From Nitrosopumilus sp. (GTDB lineage Archaea > Thermoproteota > Nitrososphaeria > Nitrososphaerales > Nitrosopumilaceae): DNA of 64,000 bases. Made by a program: the position numbers and the translations under genes. Shown here piece after piece: positions 51,310-60,770 of this stretch. Location: the NCBI GenBank assembly GCA_965224195.1, contig OZ245040.1:224001-288000 (forward strand), in the 5' to 3' direction. Below the pieces are notes generated by a model, which ran no database searches, was not told where the DNA came from, and worked only from the letters and a program-made list of their open reading frames with translations. Each line of letters opens with the position of its first letter. Positions within the stretch are counted from its first letter, which is position 1.

Positions 51310-51666
51310 TCAGTCAGAAGAATCGTTTTGAATTGTAGGTTTTGTTTGAGACCAGATTTGAATATCATTTTTTGGATATTCAGGAATTCCAGTATCTCGT
51401 AGTTTTTTGTAAATTGACAAGGCTTCTTCTTTCTCCACAGCCTTGGATTGTGCTTTGGTAAATCCATCTTTATCTACTATTACGGCAACATGACCATCTT
51501 CAGAACTAATCACTGCAGTAAATTCTTCTTCTCCGACAGGATAAAATTTCCCATCAATCTTTTTTGTAGTCAAAGTCAACATACCAAATCCAGCAACTTC
51601 AAACATCTTTATTTGTGATTTTCCGGCTCTTTGTTTTCCTTGTTGTACGGCTTGAAAATATTGCAT
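51310..51666 (-). CDS. Hypothetical protein
   Basis: Start reset to MQYFQAV (51666); track extension overlaps the divergent gene. Confidence 0.75.
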   Translation of the reverse strand: MQYFQAVQQGKQRAGKSQIKMFEVAGFGMLTLTTKKIDGKFYPVGEEEFTAVISSEDGHVAVIVDKDGFTKAQSKAVEKEEALSIYKKLRDTGIPEYPKNDIQIWSQTKPTIQNDSSD

Positions 51667-51736
51667 AATTTTTTCTTCTTGCAATGGTATAATAACTATC
51701 TCAACATTTAAGACATCAAGAGGAAATGCAAAATTC

Positions 51737-52291
51737 ATGAATCCTAAAATTTTTGTTGGTATAGCAGTTGCTACACTTGCTGTAATTTTAGGTGGGATTC
51801 TTTTAACAGGACCTACAATGGTTATTCCTACACAAGACAATTCAGGTAATATTCAAAATACTTCTCAAGCAAAACCGATACAAATTGAATTGGAGGATAT
51901 TTCAATATCTAAAATTTCAGAGCGATCAGTTACTATTGAAGTAGCATTCAAACTTTCAAATTCAAATGAACGTGCAATGATTGTACAAACTATGGATTAC
52001 CAATTGTTTGAAACAGGCTATTCTGAAACTGAACAAATAACTGGTGGTGAAATTGGTAGTAGACCTACAGGTATGGTAGAGTTTGGATCAAACTACTATA
52101 CACTCCTTGGTAAAAACTCAATTATTTTAAAAGATTCTAAGACGATAAAGAATACTGGAAACACTGCAGAATTGTGGGCAACATTTGAAGATGATACTCC
52201 AACATGGAGAGTATCTGGTGATGTATTTTACAATCTCAGCTCGATGACTAGCGGTCAAGAAAACGAGCTTCATTTTGAATTTACAAAATAA
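51737..52291 (+). CDS. Membrane-anchored LEA_2/WHy-like protein
   Basis: N-terminal TM; FKLSNSN..IVQTMDYQL; resembles 23644-24138. Confidence 0.7.
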   Translation: MNPKIFVGIAVATLAVILGGILLTGPTMVIPTQDNSGNIQNTSQAKPIQIELEDISISKISERSVTIEVAFKLSNSNERAMIVQTMDYQLFETGYSETEQITGGEIGSRPTGMVEFGSNYYTLLGKNSIILKDSKTIKNTGNTAELWATFEDDTPTWRVSGDVFYNLSSMTSGQENELHFEFTK

Positions 52292-52389
52292 ACTAGATAG
52301 TATCATAAAATCTTAAAATTATGATAGTATGTTTTTAGAGGAAAAATATTGGCAAAGTTATAAAAGTCCGTTTCATTGTTTTTTATCAA

Positions 52390-52500
52390 ATGGCAGAAGC
52401 AGGTATGGCCGCATTTGGCGCAGCAGCAGGAGTCGCAATTGCACTCGCAGTAGTGTGTTTCGCTCTACGTGGTAAAGGACATCCGGAACCACTCGATTAA
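52390..52500 (+). CDS. 36-aa single-TM microprotein (not in ORF track)
   Basis: MAEAGMAAFGAAAGVAIALAVVCFALRGKGHPEPLD; BRE/TATA gcaaagTTATAAAA at 52352-52365; T-rich 3' end. Confidence 0.75.
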   Translation: MAEAGMAAFGAAAGVAIALAVVCFALRGKGHPEPLD

Positions 52501-52541
52501 CCAAAGGAATTTTTCCTTTACAACATTTTTCTAATTTTTCA

Positions 52542-53189
52542 CTAATCTTTCTTGCCAAATCCTAACATTTCTACCAAGTCTAATTGTTTGGTATTCTTTT
52601 TTTTCATGAAACATCTTTCATAATACTGACAATCAGAGCACTCAGTTGATGGCTCTAAAATAGGAGTTTTTTGCTCTTTTAGAAGATCATTTAGAACTCT
52701 AACCCTTCGAATAATTTCCTCAAACATTTTTTTGTTTCGTGAAATTGAAAATGATGTCTCTTTTTTATCTCCTGTTAAGTATATGATAATCCCATCTGGT
52801 TTATCATAAATCCACATGCATGCATTCAGATAAAGAACATCGTTTGCTAAGGGGTTTTCTAACTCTGTTGTTGCTCCTCTGAATAAGAATATAGAGTCAT
52901 CAATTAACATGTCAACTTGGCCTTTTAGTCTGATATCCTCTATGTCAAAGTCCTTTGGATCACTTCCATATTGTAATTTTCTAAGTAACCCTGAAAGAAG
53001 TTCATTGAATCCTTTTCTCTGAATTTCTTGTGGATCAATTCTATCATAATATGATCTTCTTAGGCATTGTACTACTTCATGTAGATGTATAGTCTGAATA
53101 TCTGCTGAATCAGTTTCAATTTCTAACTCTTTCCCAATGGAGTTTATTGCATTTTCAATAATACCTCGAAAATCTCTATCTCCCATCAT
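52542..53189 (-). CDS. Solo Cas4-like Fe-S protein with degenerate nuclease site
   Basis: QCLRRSYY + CSDCQYYERC (4 Cys); GQVD present but ExK and QxxxY absent. Confidence 0.8.
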   Translation of the reverse strand: MMGDRDFRGIIENAINSIGKELEIETDSADIQTIHLHEVVQCLRRSYYDRIDPQEIQRKGFNELLSGLLRKLQYGSDPKDFDIEDIRLKGQVDMLIDDSIFLFRGATTELENPLANDVLYLNACMWIYDKPDGIIIYLTGDKKETSFSISRNKKMFEEIIRRVRVLNDLLKEQKTPILEPSTECSDCQYYERCFMKKKNTKQLDLVEMLGFGKKD

Positions 53190-53222
53190 GATACATCATT
53201 CACATTTTTTGACTTCTTATAC

Positions 53223-53459
53223 TTAGCTCAAAAGTTTGGTTATCACTTTTGAAATCTTTCTTGAGAAGGCTAGTATGACAAAATGAAGGCCAAAGCCGAT
53301 GACTGCTCCAATAATGAGTTCACCTGTTAGAAAATAAATTCCTAGGAATACTGCTAATGGGGGTAAGGCAAAAATCATGGCTAAAAATGAGCTAACCCAG
53401 ATAAATTTGATTAATAATTCTGTAGAAATTTCGGTTTTTTTCTTTTTAAAATTAAACAT
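53223..53459 (-). CDS. Small membrane protein
   Basis: Two TM helices. Confidence 0.75.
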   Translation of the reverse strand: MFNFKKKKTEISTELLIKFIWVSSFLAMIFALPPLAVFLGIYFLTGELIIGAVIGFGLHFVILAFSRKISKVITKLLS

Positions 53460-53469
53460 TTCAAAAATC

Positions 53470-54516
53470 CTATTCTTGTTCTAGGATTAGCTTTGACATT
53501 GTAGTCTCAGTTGGAATCTTTTGTTCAATAGCAAAAGCGATTGCTGCTAAATTTCTAATTTCAAATGAGGTTAATTTTGTAATTCCAACAATTGTTGCAA
53601 AGCTAAACATTTGTGTGAATGATCTAAGTGATGAAGTGTATATTGACAATTCAAAGGCTCTTTCAAATTCAGCAATTGCGTCTAACTCATTTTCAACCTG
53701 TGGAACTAAATCTTTGTATTTTGTACTTGATAATTCATTAAATGCATCTCTAACTGAAGCTGCTGCCATCATTCTTCCAAGTAATTCTTTAGCTGGTGGG
53801 CTGGTGCTAATTATCAAATCTTGAATTTGTTCTTCTTGTAATCCCCAGAATTTTCCTCGAATCACACTTAGAATATTGTAAAAGTCAATATCCATTGAAA
53901 CAATTTTTGTAGCTGCTTTATCAGCATAATTTGTCATTGCTCCGGCTAGATGTTGAAATAAAATTTTATCAAAATATGTGTCAAATATTTGCAAATTTTT
54001 CTTTTCATTGTATAATGTAGCAGCCTTTGCTATTTCATCTGCAAATTCAACTGAATTCAAACTTGCAACTGCTTCTTCAAAATCTTTGGCAACTAATGCC
54101 TTAACAATAACATCTCTTTGTTTGATTAATTCTTCTGCATGAAGATTAACATGAGATTCAATCTCCTCTTGAGGTTTTCCTAAGATTTTGCCTTTTAAAA
54201 TTAATTTTAGATTTGAAACAATGAATTTCATATAGTATGCATCTAGTACTCCAGAATTTCCCGAAGTTTTTGCAATAGAATAATGAATATCTGCCAATTT
54301 ACTTCTTAGTGCTGATTCAATATTTTGTGAAGAATATGGTTTTTGGACATCTGCTACAGCTTCAGCATATACGGTATTTTTGATTCTAGTCATTAATTCC
54401 TCCAAATCTCTAGATTCTGCTAGGGTTTGAAAATCTCCTCTTGTGAGTAATTTACCTCGTTTACTGTATGCTTTTACTGAGGCATAGACATTCTTAGAAC
54501 CGCCCATTTCGATCAA
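53470..54516 (-). CDS. atpC: A/V-type ATP synthase subunit C
   Basis: YASVKAY...LL; NLKLILKGK; DFYNILSVIRGK; EIRNL. Confidence 0.88.
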   Translation of the reverse strand: MIEMGGSKNVYASVKAYSKRGKLLTRGDFQTLAESRDLEELMTRIKNTVYAEAVADVQKPYSSQNIESALRSKLADIHYSIAKTSGNSGVLDAYYMKFIVSNLKLILKGKILGKPQEEIESHVNLHAEELIKQRDVIVKALVAKDFEEAVASLNSVEFADEIAKAATLYNEKKNLQIFDTYFDKILFQHLAGAMTNYADKAATKIVSMDIDFYNILSVIRGKFWGLQEEQIQDLIISTSPPAKELLGRMMAAASVRDAFNELSSTKYKDLVPQVENELDAIAEFERAFELSIYTSSLRSFTQMFSFATIVGITKLTSFEIRNLAAIAFAIEQKIPTETTMSKLILEQE

Positions 54517-54570
54517 TCTTCTTTAGGTAACTGATTTTAATGTTTGGCGATCTGTTCTTGAGAACAAATT

Positions 54571-55239
54571 CTACGTTATTTTCTCTAAAAATTTTAATGC
54601 CTCATCTTTTTCCTGTTTTGATAGTTTAACAAAGGCAGAAAGAATTTCTTTTTGAATTATCAAAGATTCATCAGAAATATCTTGTAATTTTGATAGATCA
54701 AAAGGCAATAATTTTTCAATTTTATTTTCACAAAAAGCCTTGACATATTTTTGAAAAATTGAATATGTGAAAATGGGACTTGTCTTTACCAGACTTACTA
54801 AGATTTTTTCAAATTCTTTTTCTATAGGATCGGACTTTGAGAAAAACTCGATCAATAAATTTTCTCTATTTTTACATTCGTTGATTGATAGTGCAACCAA
54901 AATTCCTTTTTTTGTTAAGTGATAATATGGAATTCCCTTTTCTTGAAGGGCTTTTGGACCTCGTTTCAAAGGTAATCTACCATCTTCTTCTGCAATACCT
55001 ATAGGAAGCAAGATTTCATCTAGATCTCGAAATATTCCTGAGTAAATATTCTTCCATGCAATATCTGCTTTTTTTGCTATTCTTTGAGATATTCCGGTTC
55101 TAGTTCTTTCTGCAGGATTTGCACTACTTCCAAGTATGGCGATGATCGCTCTTTGTCTATTTGCTTCTCCAGTTAGATCATTACCTTTTGTCTTGAACGT
55201 GTCAAAAATTGCTAATTTTGTCTTGCATTTGACCTTCAT
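54571..55239 (-). CDS. Winged-helix-like hypothetical protein divergent from amt
   Basis: RTRTGISQRIA...YSGIFRDL...PYYHLTKKG. Confidence 0.7.
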   Translation of the reverse strand: MKVKCKTKLAIFDTFKTKGNDLTGEANRQRAIIAILGSSANPAERTRTGISQRIAKKADIAWKNIYSGIFRDLDEILLPIGIAEEDGRLPLKRGPKALQEKGIPYYHLTKKGILVALSINECKNRENLLIEFFSKSDPIEKEFEKILVSLVKTSPIFTYSIFQKYVKAFCENKIEKLLPFDLSKLQDISDESLIIQKEILSAFVKLSKQEKDEALKFLEKIT

Positions 55240-55337
55240 TTACTCACCGTTATCATAATATTCATTTTTTATGTTACTATCAGAATATACTAAAATATAA
55301 TAATTTACTTTTTTGTGTGTTTTCGGGTCTCCAATGC

Positions 55338-55345
55338 TTAAATAA
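55338..55345 (+). promoter_or_regulatory. TATA box of amt (likely leaderless mRNA)
   Basis: TTAAATAA at -29..-22 from ATG 55367. Confidence 0.6.
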
Positions 55346-55366
55346 TTTTCAATTTCGATAAATTTA

Positions 55367-56935
55367 ATGAATTCTAGGAACTACAAGTATGCTCTATTAC
55401 TTGTAGCCGCAGTATCTATCACAGCAGCAGGTGCTATGTCACAAGCATATGCACAAAGTGTTGATGATGGTATGGACGGATATGTCGCAGGAACCAGTGG
55501 AATTTACACTGGTAATCCTAACGAATGTTGGTATGATGGTGATGACGATGGCGTCCTGGATCTACCTTGTAAAATTGATACAGGTGATACAGCATGGATG
55601 CTTACAGCAACATCATTAGTACTCTTTATGTCCCCAGGTGTCGGCTTCTTTTATGGCGGTTTAGCCAGATCAAAGAACGTCGTCAATGTACTTGGTATGA
55701 CCTTAATCGTAATGGGTCTAATGTCAGTACAATGGGTTCTATGGGGTTACTCACTAGCATTTGGCGGAATTGATTCAGATGCAAATATGTTCATGGGAAA
55801 TCTCGATTATGCCGGATTTAACATGGTTTCAGCTTGGGCACCATTAGGTGAAGCAGGTCCGTGTGCAGACACATGGTCAGCAGCTTACCAGATGAATGCT
55901 ATGGTTGAAGGAGATGTTTGTAGTCAAGGTTGGCCTGGTACAGTACCTCACCAACTATTTGCAATGTTCCAAGCAACATTTGCAATAATTACACCAGTTC
56001 TAATTATTGGTGGATTAATTGACAGAATCAAATTCAGCGCATTAATCATATTCGTTCTCTTATGGGGAACCTTCGTTTATGATCCAATAGCACATTGGGT
56101 CTGGGGAGGCGGATACATAGGAGGAGGTGCAATAGACCTCGATCCAGACTTATCACCATCGTATGCACTTGACTTTGCAGGTGGTACTGTAGTACACATT
56201 TCTTCAGGATTTGCTGCATTGGCAGGAGCCTTAGTCCTTGGCAGAAGACTTGGATATGGCAAAGTGCCAATGGAACCACACAATATCCCAATGGTAGTCC
56301 TCGGAGCAGGAATACTCTGGTTTGGATGGTTTGGTTTCAACGCAGGAAGTGAAGTTATGGTAGACGGCATTACCGTCAGCGCATGGACTGTTACAAATAC
56401 AGCAACTGGTATGGCTGCAGTAACTTGGGTGCTCATGTCTTGGGCACATACAGGAAAACCAAGTATTGTTGGAGCTGCATCAGGAGCAGTAGCAGGATTG
56501 GTAGCAATCACACCCGCTTCAGGTTGGGTAGGTCCAATGGCTGCAATTATAATTGGAATTGCCGCTGGTACAGTTTGTTATGCAGCAATAGCATTCAAGA
56601 GTGCACGCAAATGGGACGACGCATTAGATGTATGGGGAATACACGGAATGGGTGGTCTTACAGGTGCAATTTTGACTGGTACATTAGCTAGCCCACACGT
56701 TTGGGATACTGGAGACGGTATCGGAGCATGGACTGGTACTGCAGAAGGAATGGAACAGCAAGCAATCAGCATCATTGGTGCTGCAATATCAGTAGGCTAT
56801 GCCTTTGGTGTTACAATTGTAATCCTTAAAGTAATGGATGCCGTATGGCCGGGTGGAATCAGAGTCACTCCAAAAGAAGAGGAGATTGGTCTCGATTTGG
56901 CACAGCATGGCGAAAGAGCATACGTAAACGAATAG
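55367..56935 (+). CDS. amt: Ammonium transporter (Amt family)
   Basis: DTGDTAW, FQATFA, DFAGGTVVH, WFGWFGFNAGS, DDALDVWGIHG, HGERAY. Confidence 0.98.
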   Translation: MNSRNYKYALLLVAAVSITAAGAMSQAYAQSVDDGMDGYVAGTSGIYTGNPNECWYDGDDDGVLDLPCKIDTGDTAWMLTATSLVLFMSPGVGFFYGGLARSKNVVNVLGMTLIVMGLMSVQWVLWGYSLAFGGIDSDANMFMGNLDYAGFNMVSAWAPLGEAGPCADTWSAAYQMNAMVEGDVCSQGWPGTVPHQLFAMFQATFAIITPVLIIGGLIDRIKFSALIIFVLLWGTFVYDPIAHWVWGGGYIGGGAIDLDPDLSPSYALDFAGGTVVHISSGFAALAGALVLGRRLGYGKVPMEPHNIPMVVLGAGILWFGWFGFNAGSEVMVDGITVSAWTVTNTATGMAAVTWVLMSWAHTGKPSIVGAASGAVAGLVAITPASGWVGPMAAIIIGIAAGTVCYAAIAFKSARKWDDALDVWGIHGMGGLTGAILTGTLASPHVWDTGDGIGAWTGTAEGMEQQAISIIGAAISVGYAFGVTIVILKVMDAVWPGGIRVTPKEEEIGLDLAQHGERAYVNE

Positions 56936-56945
56936 AAAAAAAACC

Positions 56946-56967
56946 CTTTTTTTCTTCTTTTTATTTA
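56946..56967 (+). terminator. T-rich archaeal terminator after amt
   Basis: ctttttttcttctttttattt immediately after the stop codon. Confidence 0.6.
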
Positions 56968-57006
56968 AATCCAAATCAATTTAGTCCTGATCATTTTATT
57001 TCAATC

Positions 57007-57783
57007 ATGATAATCTCTACAACTGACCTTGATTCAATTCTAAATGATCCTAATATCATAATTGCTGATACTCGTTCTTTCAAAGAATATTCTGAAAGTC
57101 ACATCCCAGGATCTGTTCATCTGGATCTATTTGCATTTCATTGGATTGATACTACTCAAGAAGGAATTGAAAATTTCAATAATCAAACTCAAAACCTACT
57201 TTCATTTCTTGGGGTGACACCAGAGAAAAAAGTTATTTTTTATGATTCAGTTTCTGGGATGCTTGCAGCAAGAGGTGTTTGGATGCTGATGTATTTTTCA
57301 CATCAAAATGTCTTCATGCTTGATGGAGGAATTACAAAATGGAAAAAAGAAAATCTTTCTCTTGAGACAAAACCAAATGCTTTCAAGCCCTCTAAATTTT
57401 CAGGGAAAATCAATCCAAATGTTATTTCAGGATTTGAAAACATTAGAGATAATCTGGATAATTTGAATATCCTTGATGCTCGTTCACCTGGAGAATATGA
57501 TGGAAGTGTAATTCGAGCTGCACATTCTGGTCATATACCAAATTCTATCAATATTGATTGGAATCAAAATCTCAATGAAGATGGCACTTTCAAAAATGAT
57601 GAAGAACTATCTAAAATGTATAGTATTTCAAAAGATTCTGAAATTATTACTTATTGTCAGGGGGCATATAGGGCTGCTAATTCTTTTCTAGTTTTGAAAA
57701 AATTAGGATTCAAAAATGTTCGAGTTTATCTTGGCTCTTGGGGTGAATGGGGAAATAAACTAGAACTTCCTGTGGAAAAGTAG
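57007..57783 (+). CDS. Tandem-rhodanese sulfurtransferase
   Basis: HIPGS, LDGG, GHIPNS, YCQGAYRA, YLGSWGEW; start reset to ATG 57007. Confidence 0.93.
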   Translation: MIISTTDLDSILNDPNIIIADTRSFKEYSESHIPGSVHLDLFAFHWIDTTQEGIENFNNQTQNLLSFLGVTPEKKVIFYDSVSGMLAARGVWMLMYFSHQNVFMLDGGITKWKKENLSLETKPNAFKPSKFSGKINPNVISGFENIRDNLDNLNILDARSPGEYDGSVIRAAHSGHIPNSINIDWNQNLNEDGTFKNDEELSKMYSISKDSEIITYCQGAYRAANSFLVLKKLGFKNVRVYLGSWGEWGNKLELPVEK

Positions 57784-57903
57784 ATCTCGCTTAGGCACAG
57801 TTTAGGTGTAAAAAGAGATTTTAAAATCAAATACTGTGTTGGTAATTAGATATCGTTTTGGTAACTAGCTATTATAAATATATTTTTTATATTAACTTAC
57901 TTT

Positions 57904-58101
57904 ATGATAGCTACTACAAAAATAGACATGTGTAGAAAATGTGGAGAACGATTACAAGTGATGAATACTTGTAATCATTGTAATCAACCATTACATTTTG
58001 AGTGTAATAATTGTAATTCGTTTGTAGATAATCCAATTCATCAACATGAATTTCTTACATCCCAATCATTTCTCCAGCATTATGGGGTTAATGGAAACTA
58101 A
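57904..58101 (+). CDS. Small Zn-ribbon protein
   Basis: CRKC, CNHC, CNNC..HQH. Confidence 0.75.
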   Translation: MIATTKIDMCRKCGERLQVMNTCNHCNQPLHFECNNCNSFVDNPIHQHEFLTSQSFLQHYGVNGN

Positions 58102-58115
58102 AAGGAGGTGATAAA

Positions 58116-58301
58116 ATGGCGTTATACGGAATTTATGGCAGACATGAAATTGATACTTGTCCTTGGAATAATAAAGAAAATGCAAAGCGAGTAATCCAAA
58201 TTGTAAACAGTGACATGTCTCAAATATTGCCACAGTACAAAATCAATAAGATCATTGGTCAGTACCATTCAGGAAATGATTCAGATCATTTTTTAAAATG
58301 A
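58116..58301 (+). pseudogene. Probably 3'-truncated host gene (HxxxxCP protein) at island junction
   Basis: SD AGGAGGTG upstream; ORF ends 8 codons after GQYHSG, where composition changes. Confidence 0.5.
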
Positions 58302-58336
58302 AGAGAATCAAAAGTCACGGCTCTCATCATCGCCTT

Positions 58337-58477
58337 CTATTTTTTCTCCTTGAGATATGTTCCGCACAGGCCGCATCTTGGTATCTTCATCCCACTTGCA
58401 AATTCACGGCCACATGAACATTTCACAATTCTTAGCTTGCCTTTTTCCTTATACTCTGCTGGTAATCCTGGAACCAT
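58337..58477 (-). CDS. 46-aa Zn-ribbon protein (not in ORF track)
   Basis: MVPGLPAEYKEKGKLRIVKCSCGREFASGMKIPRCGLCGTYLKEKK. Confidence 0.7.
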   Translation of the reverse strand: MVPGLPAEYKEKGKLRIVKCSCGREFASGMKIPRCGLCGTYLKEKK

Positions 58478-58505
58478 ATTACACATAAAACCATTTAATA
58501 TTTAA

Positions 58506-58526
58506 GTATAGTGTAATACACTATAC
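58506..58526. promoter_or_regulatory. Perfect 10-1-10 palindrome (operator-like) in divergent promoter
   Basis: GTATAGTGTA-A-TACACTATAC. Confidence 0.65.
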
Positions 58527-58549
58527 ATTAATATGCAGGATGGTTCAGT

Positions 58550-59248
58550 ATGCTATACATGAATCAAATACAAATTCAAGAGGAAAAAATAATTTGCCAC
58601 GATGAGAATGATTTTAGATATTATTCTCATGATGATTCAATCTATGTATCAGCTACAACACTGCTCAATGAGATGCAAGACAAATCCTGGATGAAATATG
58701 TGAATCTGTCGCAAGAAGCTTTGTTGGACAGACGAAACAATGCGGCAAAAATTGGAACAGCAGTACATCAAGCTCTCTATGAAAAACTTTCAGGACTAAA
58801 TGTGACAAAGCTGGATCTGATTGCATCAGCACATGTATCACAGATTTCAGAACATCTCAATAAAATATCCGATGTTCGGGGACTGGACGAAATTATGAAA
58901 TCTGACACCCTCAAAGTGGCCGGAACTGCAGATGTTATTGCAACATATGATGGCGTCTCATCGGTGATAGATTTCAAGACGACACGAAAACCTCGTTACG
59001 GCAAACGACGAGATGTGTGGTATTTGCAAGCTGCAATGTATGCCTTTATGCATTATGAGCAGACAAATTTTATTGCAAATCAAATCGTCATCATAGAGTC
59101 ATGTGAAGACGGAAAATGCCGCATACACAAGGTAAAGTTTACAGACTATGCAGATGAGATGCTTGAGACAATTCAGATGTTCTACTTGCCTGAATTCATT
59201 GGAAATTCGCCAACAAAATATCTCGAGTTTTTGAGGAGGATGCAATAG
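58550..59248 (+). CDS. Virus-type PD-(D/E)XK exonuclease (RecB/Cas4/lambda-exo superfamily)
   Basis: YVSATTLL, GTAVHQ, AGTAD, IDFKT, YLQAAMY. Confidence 0.88.
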   Translation: MLYMNQIQIQEEKIICHDENDFRYYSHDDSIYVSATTLLNEMQDKSWMKYVNLSQEALLDRRNNAAKIGTAVHQALYEKLSGLNVTKLDLIASAHVSQISEHLNKISDVRGLDEIMKSDTLKVAGTADVIATYDGVSSVIDFKTTRKPRYGKRRDVWYLQAAMYAFMHYEQTNFIANQIVIIESCEDGKCRIHKVKFTDYADEMLETIQMFYLPEFIGNSPTKYLEFLRRMQ

Positions 59249-59249
59249 G

Positions 59250-59597
59250 ATGTCTGTCATATCTATGGCCTCAAGGTTTGATAGCACATGCAAGGTCTGC
59301 AATGTACAAATCAGAGCCGGTGATGCCATATACAAGGTAAATGAGCATTGGTGTAAAAATCAAAACTGTGGCAAGTCTGACAACCAAGTTCACATGGAGA
59401 AAAGACAACTTGATCTTGAGAATAAAACGCCGCTTGGCGACTTGTATTCTGAGATGTGCAGTGTCATTGATGCAAAGGCTGTGCTCTTGTATAAAATTAA
59501 TCAGAGAGTCTTGCATGCTCTCAAGAGATATGACGAGGCTCCAAACCCTGCAATGGTTGGGCAGTTTACAAAAATCATATATGACAAGCTAGGATGA
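59250..59597 (+). CDS. Zn-finger-containing hypothetical protein
   Basis: SRFDSTCKVC..IRAGD..HWC....C; starts 1 bp after exonuclease stop. Confidence 0.75.
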   Translation: MSVISMASRFDSTCKVCNVQIRAGDAIYKVNEHWCKNQNCGKSDNQVHMEKRQLDLENKTPLGDLYSEMCSVIDAKAVLLYKINQRVLHALKRYDEAPNPAMVGQFTKIIYDKLG

Positions 59598-59761
59598 TTG
59601 GTGATTTTAGCTTGTTTTATCATTCTGCATATGTCTTGATCTCACTGATATGACACGAATTAAATAAAAAACATCACAACATATCATTAATTTTATTATG
59701 ATGTATCTTTGATGTGTCAGACTAGCACAATACAGATATAATCACGCAGTAATAAAACCAC

Positions 59762-60451
59762 ATGGCACTGCTTTATGTTTTTATGGCATTGCTAATTTTA
59801 TCCAGTTTTATTCCGTTATCTTACTCTGAAGATATCAAGGGATATAATCATGATTCTAAAATACACATACAGATTCAAGGCGATACAACATCAGGCAAGA
59901 TAACACACAAGGATGTCCAGTATTCATGGGATGACATAAAGGTAATTTATAAAAATCAAAAGCTGTACATATTTGATAATGATATAAAAATTCTGGCAAA
60001 ACAAGTAACAGATTACAAGTATCTAATAATTGCAAAGCTTGCAGATGATGATGTTAGATTGAGGTTTTTGTCTGATGTATCAGAGCCTGCAAAAAACACT
60101 GCGCAGCGCAATCTGTTGGATGAAATGAATCAAAAAACTTTAGAGTCCAAGTCTGAACATGACATGACTTTTAAAGAAAAACAATTGCTAGAAAAGGAGA
60201 AAAAAATAGCAGAGGCAAAAAAGATATCAGATGACAGACTGGAAAGACTTGCAGAGCAAAATACAAAGAATATGAATGGTAAAACATCTCATAGCATTAT
60301 AGAGGATTGGAAGGAATCACAAAAACAGACGGGTATGAAATTGATAACTGATGATTCTAAAAAGACGGTAAAGCAGGATTCAAAAAAAGATGCCAAAAAG
60401 ATTATTCTAACTGAAGCCATTGCAACAAGTGACAGTGCAGCAGTCAATTAG
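59762..60451 (+). CDS. Exported hypothetical protein
   Basis: Signal peptide; charged coiled-coil C-half. Confidence 0.7.
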   Translation: MALLYVFMALLILSSFIPLSYSEDIKGYNHDSKIHIQIQGDTTSGKITHKDVQYSWDDIKVIYKNQKLYIFDNDIKILAKQVTDYKYLIIAKLADDDVRLRFLSDVSEPAKNTAQRNLLDEMNQKTLESKSEHDMTFKEKQLLEKEKKIAEAKKISDDRLERLAEQNTKNMNGKTSHSIIEDWKESQKQTGMKLITDDSKKTVKQDSKKDAKKIILTEAIATSDSAAVN

Positions 60452-60512
60452 CTAATGGCTCCAGCTGGAGTCAGATGAGTTTGTACGACACCAAGATGAT
60501 ATTAGCAGCGTA

Positions 60513-60770
60513 ATGACCAGAGTAAATTCAAACTATGATAGTATGATATTTCATGAGAAGGACCGTGCATTACAGCATGCAAAAGATATGTATGGCAGTA
60601 TATATGACAGGCCGTCCTCTGATCTGGCAGAGCCTGTAACCATATGGATTGTGCCCTCATCAACAAACAAGCTGCAAAACCCGGAGATACTTGATACAAT
60701 GAAATTGGAGGAAGCAAAGGCAATGAGCTATTTACAGCATATGGTACGTGCTGATGTGTTACGTGAATAA
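60513..60770 (+). CDS. Hypothetical protein
   Basis: 85-aa ORF, no motif recognised. Confidence 0.45.
   Translation: MTRVNSNYDSMIFHEKDRALQHAKDMYGSIYDRPSSDLAEPVTIWIVPSSTNKLQNPEILDTMKLEEAKAMSYLQHMVRADVLRE

Noticed and set aside
53470-54516. atpC separated from the other ATP synthase genes
   Set aside because: As I recall, this split arrangement is usual in Nitrosopumilus-like genomes; not treated as novel
2368-56974. Many overlapping ORFs in the track (e.g. 2368-2790, 6666-6908, 8068-8427, 39671-40012, 51060-51467, 52373-52558, 56046-56775)
   Set aside because: Antisense or off-frame shadows of well-supported genes, with no motifs
52542-59248. CRISPR-Cas locus or casposon suggested by two Cas4-like proteins
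   Set aside because: No repeat-spacer array, cas1 or PolB seen in the window
59651-59719. Imperfect inverted repeat (ACATCA...TGATGT) between island genes
   Set aside because: Short AT-rich arms with mismatches; compatible with chance or a simple terminator
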